Below, one piece after another: positions 20,829-30,616 of a DNA stretch of 64,000 nucleotides (its first letter is position 1; the number at the start of each line of letters is the position of its first letter). The position numbers and the translations under genes are program-made. The stretch comes from an uncultured Chloroflexia bacterium (GTDB taxonomy: Bacteria; Chloroflexota; Anaerolineae; CG2-30-64-16), in NCBI GenBank assembly GCA_963774265.1, contig CAVZDU010000009.1:75144-139143 (forward strand). Direction: 5' to 3'. The notes under the pieces were generated by a model that was not told the DNA's origin, ran no database searches, and was given only the letters and a program-made list of their open reading frames with translations.

Positions 20829-23800
20829 GTGTCCCGTTTCTTTGACGCCCGGCTGCTCCGCGCCGCCGGGCCCGAGCGCACCTTCCTCCTCCTGGCCGTC
20901 GCGGGTGGCGCAGCCTCCGGCATCCTGACCGTCCTCCAGGCATACAGCCTGGCCCAGCGCGGTGGATGGCGCGTTCCTCCGTGGGCTGGACCTGGCCGGC
21001 GTGCAGCCCCTCCTCCTCATGTTGCTCCTCTTCACCGCGGGCCGCGCAACGGCCACATGGATCGGCGAATTGGCGGCAGCCCGCGTGGCGCAGCGCGTCA
21101 AGGATGACCTGCGCAGCCGGTTGACCGCACATATCCTGGCGCTGGGACCCGCCTTCGCCCGCGGGGAGCGCACCGGCGAGCTGGCGAACACCGCGTTGGA
21201 AGGAGTGGACAGCCTCGACGCATACTTCGGCCAGTACCTGCCTCAGCTTGCGCTCGCGGCCATCGTCCCCCTCACCTTCCTGATCTTCGTCATCCCAATT
21301 GACCCGCTCTCGGGTCTCGTCCTGCTCCTGACCGCACCGCTCATCCCCCTGTTCATGGTCCTGATCGGCGCGCTGGCCGATTCCCTGACCCGCCGGCAGT
21401 GGGGCACGCTGAGCCGGATGAGCGCGCACTTTCTCGATGTGTTGCAAGGCCTGGCCACGCTCAAGCTGTTCAATCGCAGCCGCGACCAGATCGTCCTGAT
21501 CCGGCGCATCAGCGACGAGCATTGCGACGCCACCCTGCAGGTGCTGCGAGTGGCGTTCCTGTCGGCCCTGGTGCTCGAGATGGTCGGGACCCTCTCCACC
21601 GCGATCGTCGCGGTGGAAGTCGGGCTGCGGCTGCTGGCGGGAAGGCTCACGTTCGAGCCGGCTTTCTTCGTGCTGATCCTCGCGCCCGAGTTCTACCTGC
21701 CCCTGCGCCAGTTGGGCGTGCGCTTCCACGCCGGCATCTCGGGCGTGAGCGCGGCAGGGCGTATCTTCGAAGTGCTGGACCAGCCTTTGCCCCCCGAGGC
21801 CGTGCACGCCGGCCCCACACTCGCGTCGCGCAGCGAACGCCCGCCGCACATCAGCCTGAGCCACGTGACGGTCGCGTATGAGGACCGCAGCCTGCCCGCG
21901 CTCTCCGATGTCACCTTCGAGATCGGTCCGGCCGAGCACGTCGCGCTCGTCGGGCCCACCGGGGCCGGGAAGAGCACCGTCGCCGCGCTGCTCCTGCGCT
22001 TCATCGATCCGCAAGGCGGCCAAATCACCGTCGATGGCGCAGCCCTGACCGGCCTGCCGCTGGATGCGTGGCGCGGCCAGGTGGCCTACGTGCCCCAGGC
22101 GCCCACCCTTTTCGATCTGCCGGCCGCCGACAACATCCGGCTTGGGCGGCCCGATGCGACCCTCGACCAGGTCATCGCCACAGCCCAGGCCGCCGGCGCG
22201 CACGCGTTCATCAGCGAGCTGCCCGACGGCTACGACACGGTCATCGGCGAGCGCGGCGCGCGACTGTCCGGCGGGCAGGCGCAGCGCATCGCGCTCGCCC
22301 GCGGCCTCCTGGTCGATGCGCCCCTGGTCATCCTCGATGAAGCCACCGCCAACCTGGACCCCCAAACCGACGCCGAAATCCAGGCTTCGCTGGGCCGCCT
22401 TCTCCACGGTCGCAGTGCGCTCATCATCGCGCACCGCCTGAGCACCCTACGCGCCGCGGACAAGATCGTCGTGCTCGACGCCGGCCGCGTGGCGGAGCAA
22501 GGCAGCCACGATTCGCTCCTGGCCCAGGGCGGGAAATACGCGCAAATGGTCGCCAGCCAAGGGCCATCGGCGCTGGGGCCACGAAAAAAGCATCCTGAGC
22601 GGAGCAGCGCATCGGTTTGCGCTGCGCAGTCGAAGGATGCCGACCGGACGCCGCGTCAAGCCGCATCCTCACCTGCGGCTGCGCCCACAGGTGCAGGCAC
22701 AGGTGTCGACTACACTCCGCTCAAGATGCCTGGGCCTTGGCTCTCTCCTTCAGGCGCGAGACCGGCCTCTCCGTTGCATGCCCTCCTCGCCTTCCTCGCG
22801 CCCTTCTCCAAATGGGTCGCGCTCTCCGTGCTCCTCGGGTTCCTCACCGTGGGCAGCAGCATCGGCCTCCTGGCCACGTCCGCATGGGTCATCGCGACGG
22901 CCGCGCTCCAACCGTCGATCGCGGTGCTCCAGGTGGCGATTGTCGGTGTGCGCTTTTTCGGCATCGCCCGCGGGCTGTTCCGATATCTCGAACGCCTGGC
23001 CTCACATCAGGTCACGTTTCGCGTGCTGGGCGCACTGCGCGTGTGGTTCTACTCAGCCATCGAGCCGCTGGCTCCTGGCCGGCTCAGCCGGTTCCGCAGC
23101 GGTGACCTGCTCGGCCGCGTGATGTCCGATGTGGCCGGCCTGGACAACTTCTACGTGCGAGCGGTCGCGCCGCCCCTGGTCGCGGTGCTGGTGGGCCTGC
23201 TCACCACCGTCCTGCTCGCCGCACGTAGTCCCGCGCTGGTGTGGCCGGTGCTCACCCTGCAGATCACGGCCGGCGTTGGCTTGCCCCTGCTGACCCTCCG
23301 GGCTGGACGCGGGCCGGGAACGCGTCTCACCGAGAGCCGCGGCCGGCTGAGCCGCGGCACTGGTCGACGGCATCCAGGGTGCGGCGGACCTCCTGGCGTT
23401 CGGCGCGGGGGGACGCCACCTGGACCGCGTCCGCGCATGTGGGGCCGAGGTCAGTCGGGCGCAGCGCAGCATGGCCGGCCTGGCGGCCGCGGGCAATGCT
23501 GCGGGCACGGTGCTGGCCTGGTTGGCCGTCATCCTCGTGCTGGCAATCGCCGTTCCCCTGGTGCGGGCCGGCCAGCTTGACGGCGTCAGCCTCGCGGTGC
23601 TTGCCCTGCTCACCGTGGCCAGTTTCGAGGCGGTCGCGCCCCTGTCCGCGGCCGCGCAGCACCTGGAGGCGTCATCGGCCACGGCGCGGCGCCTGTTCGA
23701 GGTGGCTGGCCGCGCACCGACGACGCAGGAGGTGGCTCTAGCGCTGCACGCCAGCGATACGGATATTCCCCCACCGCCCGCGCCGCGTCCCCTATGGCCA

Positions 23801-24553
23801 CCCGGCGCGACGCCGCCCGCCATCACGTTTTCCGGCGTCACGCTCCGCTACGCGCCCCATGAGCCGCCCGCCCTCGACGCCGCAGACCTGGTCATTCCCG
23901 GAGGCACGCTCCTGACCGTCGTCGGTCCCAGCGGCGCGGGAAAATCGACGCTGGCGAACGCGCTGCTGCGCTTCTGGGACTATGAATCGGGCCAGATCCG
24001 CCTGGGCGACCATGACTTGCGCGACCTGGAGGGCGAAGCTGTCCGCAGCCTGGTTGGGGTCGTCAGCCAGCAGACCCACCTGTTCAACGCGTCGATTCGA
24101 ACGAACCTGCTGCTGGCCCGGCCGGCCGCGACCCAGGGGGAGATCGAAGCGGCCGCGCGGCGCGCTCAGATTCATGATTTCATCGCCGGCCAGCCCCAGG
24201 GATACGATACGCCTATCGGTGAAGGCGGCTTGAAGCTCAGCGGCGGCGAGCGCCAACGGTTGGCCATCGCGCGGGCGCTGCTGAAGGACGCCCCGGTCCT
24301 GATCCTCGACGAGCCGGCCGCCAACCTGGACAGCACAACCGAGGCAGCCTTGTGGGGGGCATTGGAACCCCTCATCGACCGCCGCACCGTCCTGCTCATC
24401 ACCCACCGCCTTGGCGGCCCGGCCGCGCAGGGGCAGATCGCCGTGATGGACCGCGGGAAAATTGTCGAAAGCGGCGACCACGCGTCGCTGCTCGGTCAAT
24501 GGGGCTTGTATCGACGGCTGTGGGACCAGCAGCACAACACCACAGCCCCGTAG
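20829..24553 (+). CDS. Fused CydD-CydC thiol/heme ABC exporter (frameshifts near 20955 and 23355)
   Basis: Two TMD-NBD halves (APEFYLPLRQLG, GPTGAGKST, LSGGQAQ; RYLERLASH, GPSGAGKST, LSGGERQ) with no stop between them. Confidence 0.8.
22590..22640 (+). repeat. Palindromic element copy C (in frame in the CydD-CydC linker)
   Basis: GCATCCTGAGCGGAG-CAGCGCATCGGTTTGCGCTG-CGC-AGTCGAAGGATGC, encodes HPERSSASVCAAQSKDA. Confidence 0.75.
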
Positions 24554-24718
24554 AGGCCGCGAACCACCCTCTCCACAGCAGCCGGGTCGAATTCTTGCCG
24601 CCTCCGGCGCCTGATGATATAATTCATAACTTGTCGGACTCCTGCGGACGGGTTCCGCTGGGGTTATACGCGATTTCATTACGCTCTCATTACGCTATCA
24701 TTACGGAGGAAGCTTCCC

Positions 24719-24942
24719 GTGCAGATTTACCTGTATATCGCGCAGATCATCCTGGCGCTCACAATCATCGTGCTTGTGCTCCTGCAGGCCAAGGATGCCG
24801 GCCTGAGCAACATGTTCGGCGGCAGCGACATGGGGGTGTACAAGACCCGACGTGGCGTCGAGAAGACGCTGTTCAATGCCACCATCGTCCTCGGCATCGT
24901 TTTCTGGTGCTGTGCCTGGTGACCGTCATCGTCGCAGGCTAA
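24719..24942 (+). CDS. secG: Preprotein translocase subunit SecG (frameshift near 24905)
   Basis: VLLQAKDAGLSNMFGG...YKTRRGVEKTLFNAT. Confidence 0.88.
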
Positions 24943-24943
24943 C

Positions 24944-26635
24944 TTGGGCAGATATCTTCGCTGGCAGGCCGTCATTGCCCTCCTGGGCATCGTGCTGCTG
25001 GCTGCCCTGCTGCGCTATGCCGCCTACAACTTCACGACGCGTGACCGTTCCCGAACCGGGGCGGGACCTGTGTCGAAGGGGTGGCCGGCAATCCCCAATA
25101 CCTGAACCCGCTCCTCAGCCAGTACAACCAGGTGGATGGGGTCCTGTGCAGCCCTGCTCTTCAACGGCCTGACCCGGCTGGATGAGCAGGGCAATGTCGT
25201 TCCCGACCTGGCTGAGAGTGGACCGTCAGCCCGGACGGCCTGACGTACGACTTCCGCTTGCGCTCGGGCCTCTACTGGCATGACGGCGCGCCGGTGACCG
25301 CGGCCGACGTGCTGTACACGGTCGGCGCGATGCAGGCCGAGGATTTCCCCGGCATGCCCTGGCTCAGCACGCTCTGGCGCGACGGTCGAAGTCGAGCGCA
25401 CCGGACGGCCCCGAGGGTCTGACCGTGCGCTTCAAGCTCAAGCAGCCGCTTGCGCCGTTCCTCGACTACACCACCATCGGCCTGCTGCCGGCCCACCTGT
25501 GGGAGCAGGTGCCGGTCGCCGAGATGATGAGCTCGCAGCTCAACACCCGGCCGATCGGCACCGGCCCGTTCCAGCTCGCCCAGATCAGCGCCACGCGCGC
25601 CGATCTGTCGCCGTCAATCCGCGCTATCACGGCGCATCGCGCCTTACCTCGACCGGGCTGACCTTCCGCTTCTATCCCGACCACCAGAGCCTGCTGCCCG
25701 CCTACGACCGCGAGGAGATCGACGGCATCAGTTGGATCTGGCCCGAGGAGATGCCGGACGCGACGGCCGCACGAGGACCTGCAGCTGTTCTCCGCGCCCG
25801 CTGTCGGGCTACACGCTGATCTACCTGAACCAGCACAATCCCAACGTGCCGTTCTTCAAGGAGACGTGCCGTGCGCCAGGCGCTGCTGTACGCGCTCGAT
25901 CGCCAGGCGCTGATCGACACCGTCCTGCACGGCCAGGGTCTCGTCGCGCATTCCCCGATCCTGCCCGGCACCTGGGCCTACGATCGCCGATGTCACGCAG
26001 TACGCCTACGATCCCGAGCGCGGCGCGCCAGCTGCTGGATGAGGCCGGCTGGAAGGATAGCGACGGCGACGGCGTGCGCGATCAGGACGGCATGAAGCTG
26101 GCCTTCGTCCTGCTGGGCAACGACAAGGCCATGATCGAGGCGATCTCCGCGGCCTGGGCGAGCATCGGCGTCCAGGCGGCGCCGCAGCCGGTCACGCCTG
26201 CCCGGCCTGACCAGCCGACTTCCTGGTCCCGCGCACCTTCGACGCCGCGTTGGTCGACTGGGAGCTGACCGGCGATCCCGATCCGTATCCGCTCTGGCAT
26301 TCGACGCAGATCAAGGACGGGCAGAACTACGCCGGCTGGGAGAACCGCGCACGCCGACGAGGCCATCGAGCAGGCGCGCTGCGCTCACCGATCGCGAAGC
26401 CGTCGCCGCAGCTTACTACCTGGAGTTCCAGCGCATCTTCGCAGAGGAGGTGCCGGCGCTGCTGCTCTACTACCCGGTCTACACCTACGGCGTGCGCGAA
26501 CAAGATCCACGACGTGCAGATCGGGCCCGCTCAACACGCCCGGCGACCGCTTCCGCAGCATCGCGAACTGGTACATCGTCACCAAGCGGATTACGGTCAG
26601 CACCGGCAAGTGCACCGACCGCGCGCACGACTTGA
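24944..26635 (+). CDS. Peptide ABC substrate-binding protein (OppA/DppA family), many indels
   Basis: Fragments LFNGLTR, PDLAE, WHDGAPVTAADV, PIGTGPF, RQALLYALDR, LDEAGWKD. Confidence 0.75.
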
Positions 26636-26661
26636 CAGCCGACCGGGAATAGTGGTATAAA
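26632..26661 (+). promoter_or_regulatory. tRNA-Leu promoter
   Basis: TTGACA ... extended -10 TGGTATAAA. Confidence 0.55.
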
Positions 26662-26683
26662 TCGGTCACAATCGAACAGCCGA

Positions 26684-26768
26684 GCCGAAGTGGCGGAATG
26701 GCAGACGCGCTAGGTTCAGGACCTAGTGAGGATTATCCCTCGTGAGGGTTCAAATCCCTCCTTCGGCA
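26684..26768 (+). tRNA. tRNA-Leu(CAG)
   Basis: GCCGAAG/CTTCGGC acceptor stem, CTAGG-TTCAGGA-CCTAG anticodon arm, long variable arm, GGTTCAAATCC. Confidence 0.95.
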
Positions 26769-26844
26769 CTGGAACGTCGAGAATCCCACGGCACTTCGTC
26801 GTGGGATTCTGTGCCTCAGGGCCTGAACGAGGAGTGTCCCTGTC

Positions 26845-27253
26845 ATGGTCACCAGGAGGCAAGCGGTGTCCTGCCTGGTCCGTTCAGCCAACTGCATGCT
26901 GCTGGCCGATCGTAGCTGATCGCGCTGGTTGCGCTTGTGGCTGCGGTCTTCTTCACAGCTGGCTTCATCGAGCTAACGGTAGCACGGCGTCAGTTGGAAG
27001 CGCATTACCAGCAAGCCCAGCAGCCAGGTCGGAGCGCACACGCCGGCAGAACGACGCTGCTGCAGGTCGATCTGGAGCGTGCGCAGCGGGGTCGAGATCA
27101 CTGCCCTGGCAGGCGTGGGACATGCTTCGGCAAGCTGCCCAAGGGACACGGGCGTCATCGCAGGCCGCGCCGGGCACGGACGACACACCGACTGTCGAGC
27201 AGCGCCAAAACGCCCATCTGGGACGGACTGGTGGCTGAAGTCCTTGGGCATAA
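26845..27253 (+). CDS. Probable FtsB/DivIC-like septum formation initiator (frameshifted; ends approximate)
   Basis: Single TM helix followed by a Gln-rich coiled coil and a short C-terminus ending PIW. Confidence 0.45.
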
Positions 27254-27255
27254 CC

Positions 27256-27283
27256 TTGACAAAGGGCCACAAACAGGTATAAT
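27256..27283 (+). promoter_or_regulatory. Consensus promoter for tRNA-fMet
   Basis: TTGACA-16-TATAAT. Confidence 0.8.
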
Positions 27284-27294
27284 AACTTATACGT

Positions 27295-27643
27295 CGCGGG
27301 GTGGAGCAGTGGCAGCTCGTTGGGCTCAATCCCCGAAACTGACAGCAGGTCGGGCAAGCAATGCCGCACAATGTTTGCCGGAGAGTCAGATTCGGAGAGG
27401 GCTGCACGCAGAGTAATCTGCGTGTGATCACCTGTCAAAGTCGGGGAAGCCGTTAGCGGGGTAACCCCGAGCCAAGCTCCGGTGTAAGCTGGAGAAGGTG
27501 TAGAGACTTGATGGCAGGCGCCCTACCGGGTCAAGCCGGGGGCGAAGGGAAAGTCCAGACCACAAAGCCGGGTGACCGGTGCAGCAAAAGCTGTAGTGGT
27601 AAGCATAACCCAAAGGTCGCAGGTTCGAATCCTGCCCCCGCAA
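27295..27643 (+). tRNA. Initiator tRNA-fMet(CAT), split by an intron (exons 27295-27326 and 27604-27643)
   Basis: Spliced product CGCGGGG...TTGGG-CTCATAA-CCCAA...GGTTCGAATCC...CCCCGCAA; C1:A72 mismatch and three G-C pairs in the anticodon stem. Confidence 0.92.
27327..27603 (+). ncRNA. Group I self-splicing intron (IC3-like), inserted between U33 and C34
   Basis: Follows U, ends in G; core motifs AAAGTCGGGGAAGCC, GGTAACCCCGAGCCAAG, GGTGTAGAGACT, AAAGTCC; P2 CACGCAGA-GTAA-TCTGCGTG. Confidence 0.92.
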
Positions 27644-27652
27644 CCTTGAGAG

Positions 27653-27686
27653 ACCTGGCAGCGATCAGCTGCCAGGTTTTTCTTTT
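27653..27686 (+). terminator. Intrinsic terminator after tRNA-fMet
   Basis: ACCTGGCAGC-GATCA-GCTGCCAGGT + T-tract. Confidence 0.85.
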
Positions 27687-27753
27687 GTCCTCATCTGCGT
27701 GTCGCGAGGCGATCATGGATACCGGCACCACCGGAGGTCGAATCGAGCACAAT

Positions 27754-27782
27754 TTGACCGGGCAGCGTCACCCGCATATAAT
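27754..27782 (+). promoter_or_regulatory. tRNA-Met promoter
   Basis: TTGACC-17-TATAAT. Confidence 0.7.
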
Positions 27783-27797
27783 AGCCGGGTTGTGAAC

Positions 27798-27869
27798 GGC
27801 GACGTAGCTCAGTGGCAGAGCAAGCGGCTCATAATCGCTGGGTCCTCAGTTCGAGTCTGAGCGTCGCCA
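27798..27869 (+). tRNA. tRNA with CAT anticodon, most likely elongator tRNA-Met
   Basis: GGCGACG/CGTCGCC acceptor stem, AGCGG-CTCATAA-TCGCT arm, CTCAG-TTCGAGT-CTGAG T arm; Ile2 not fully excluded. Confidence 0.9.
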
Positions 27870-27979
27870 CCTAAGCCGGTGGCCCGAGGCTGCGATAGTA
27901 GCACGGTCACCTCTTAACCCGATAACGCCTTCCGGTGAGCGTGCTCCTTGGGAGCCTTGCGCTGCCGTAAGGCGTTTTT
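27803..27979 (+). repeat. Left 177-bp direct repeat (att-like) of the island
   Basis: Identical to 39102-39278 except one base (27892 G vs 39191 A). Confidence 0.93.
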
Positions 27980-27981
27980 TT

Positions 27982-28120
27982 GTGGCAAGCACACAGGCGA
28001 TTCCCATTCGAGGTCATTCGCAGAAGGAAATCCCCACCCTGCGCAGCCTGGCGGAGGTGTTGCCCGTTTTCGCTGGCTTTGGCGAACTTAACCATTGTCC
28101 CCAGACTGTGAGGTGGAAGC
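27982..28120 (+). pseudogene. Possible N-terminal remnant of a tyrosine integrase
   Basis: LAEVLPVF...LNHCPQTVRW resembles the SAM-like N-terminal S/CP.T..WY helix; position right after the att repeat. Confidence 0.3.
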
Positions 28121-28231
28121 GCTGCCGGAGGAGCGCGACTACCTTGCGCACTCGGCGGCATTCATGCTATATTCCCTGCGACGTCAACAACCGCAATTTT
28201 CTCTCTTCGTGCAACAACGGGGTTGTCTGGC

Positions 28232-30604
28232 ATGACCACTGAAGCCGATACCTGCCGCAAATACGTCCTGCCCAAGCTCGTCAGCGCGGGCTGGGACGAA
28301 GAGCCCCACTCCTTCACCGAGCAGCGGACCTTCACCGATGGCCGGATTGTCGTCATCGGCGAGAAGGTAAGGCGCCGCCCACAGAAGCGGGCCGACTACC
28401 TGCTCCGCTACACCCGGGACTTCACCATCGCCGTGGTCGAGGCCAAGCCCGAGTACAAGACCGCCGGCGAAGGGCTCCAGCAGGCCAAGGACTACGCCGA
28501 GATCCTCGGCCTCAAGTTCGCCTACTCCACGAACGGTCACGGCATCGTCGAGTTCGACTACTTCACCGGACAGGAGCGCCTGCTCATCGCCTTCCCAACG
28601 CCCGACGAGCTGTGGCAGCGCTGGCAGGCCGGCCAGCAGGTGACGCGATGACGTCGGCAAGTCCCTGCTGACCCCCGCGCACCACCTCAGCGGCAAGACT
28701 CCTCGCTACTACCAGGAGATCGCCATCAACCGCACGGTGCAGGCCATTCTGCAGGGCAAGCGGCGCATCCTGCTGACGATGGCGACCGGCACCGGCAAGA
28801 CGGTGGTGGCCTTCCAGATCTGCTGGAAGCTGTGGAACGCCCGCTGGAACCGCACCGGCGAGTACCGGCGCCCCCGCATCCTCTACCTGGCCGACCGCAA
28901 CATCCTGGTCGATGACCCGAAGGACAAGATATTCGCTGCCTTCGGCGACGCCCGCTGGAAGATCGAGAACGGCGAAGCCAACAAGAGCCGGGAGATGTAC
29001 TTCGCCATCTACCAGGCCATCGCTCAGGACGAGCGCCGTCCTGGCCTGTACCGGGAGTATCCGCCCGACTTCTTTGACCTGATCATCGTGGACGAGTGCC
29101 ACCGCGGCAGCGCTCGGGATGAGAGCAACTGGCGGGAAATCCTGGAATACTTCCAACCGGCGTTCCAACTGGGCATGACCGCCACGCCGCTGCGCGAGGA
29201 CAACCGGGACACCTACGCCTACTTCGGCAACCCGCTCTACACCTACAGCCTGCGCCAGGGCATCGAGGACGGCTTCCTGGCTCCCTACCGGGTCCATCGC
29301 GTGTTGACGACCTACGACGCCGTGGGCTGGCGGCCAAGCAAGGGCGAGCTGGACCGGTTCCTGCGGGAAGTGCCGGACCGGGAGTACTCGACCCCGGACT
29401 TCGAGCGCATCGTTGCCCTGCGGGCGCGCACCGAGGCCATCGCCCGCCACCTGGCCGAGTTCATGCGCAAGACCGACCGCTTTGCCAAGACCATCGTCTT
29501 CTGCGTGGACCAGGAGCACGCCGACGAGATGCGCCGCGCAGCTCAACAACCTGAACGCCGACCTGGTGCAGAAGTATCCCGACTACGTGTGCCGGGTGAC
29601 CGCCGACGAAGGCGAGATTGGCCGGGGCCACCTGTCGCGCTTCCAGGAACTGGAGACCAGGACGCCGGTCATCCTGACCACGTCGCAGCTGCTGACGACC
29701 GGCGTGGACGTGCCGACCTGCAAGAACATCGTCATCGCCCGCGTGGTCGGCGGCATGACCGAGTTCAAGCAAATCATCGGCCGCGGCACCCGTGTCCGCG
29801 ACGACTACGGCAAGCTCTTCTTCAACATCCTGGACTACACCGGCAGCGCCACGCGGCTGTTCGCCGACCCCGAGTTCGACGGCTGGCCGGCCATGGCCGA
29901 CGAAGTGACGATTGATGAGCAGGGCCAGGTGGTCGCAGGGCACCGAGAAGGTGGTGCAGCCGGAAGAGACCGAGCACGGACGATAGCGAGGGCGGGACGG
30001 AGATCGGAGGCGACGACACGGCACAACTGCCGCGCAAGTACTACGTCGATGAGCGGCCAGGTCGAGGTCGTCGCCCACCTCGTCTACGAGCTGGACCCCG
30101 ATGGCAAGCAACTGCGCGTCGTCAAGTTCACGGACTACACGGCCGAGAAGGTCCGCACCATGTACACATCGGCGGCCGAGCTGCGGCGCCAATGGGCCGA
30201 CCCGGCGCTGCGAGCGGATATCATCGCCAGGCTGGAAGAGCGAGGCATCAGCTTCGATGAGCTGCGCACGGTGACCAACCAGCCCGACGCCGACCCGTTC
30301 GACCTGCTGTGCCACGTGGCGTTCAACGCGCCGCTGCGCACCCGCCGGGAACGGGCCGACCGTCTCCGCAAAGAGGAGCGCGCCTTCTTCGAGCAGTATG
30401 GGGCTCGAGGCCCGAGAAGTGCTGGACGAGCTGCTGGAGAAGTACGCCGAGCACGGCACTGCTCAGTTCGCCATCCCTGACGTGCTGAAGGTGCCGCCCA
30501 TCTCCAAGCATGGCAATGTGATTGAGATTGCGAGCCTGTTCGGCGGGGCGGCGCAGCTGCGCGAGGCGGTCAACCAGCTGCAGTCACTGCTCTATGCCGC
30601 CTAA
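28232..30604 (+). CDS. hsdR: Type I restriction subunit (EcoAI/EcoEI-like), frameshifted
   Basis: ADYLL..AVVEAK nuclease, MATGTGKT, DECHRG, GMTATP, QIIGRGTR; EcoEI-type C-terminus DPFDLLCHVAF. Confidence 0.9.
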
Positions 30605-30616
30605 GGAGACGCAGTG

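Noticed and set aside
20581-22434. Long antisense ORFs (also 8386-10038, 50920-52635, 60667-62064)
   Set aside because: Shadow frames of high-GC coding genes with no protein motifs.
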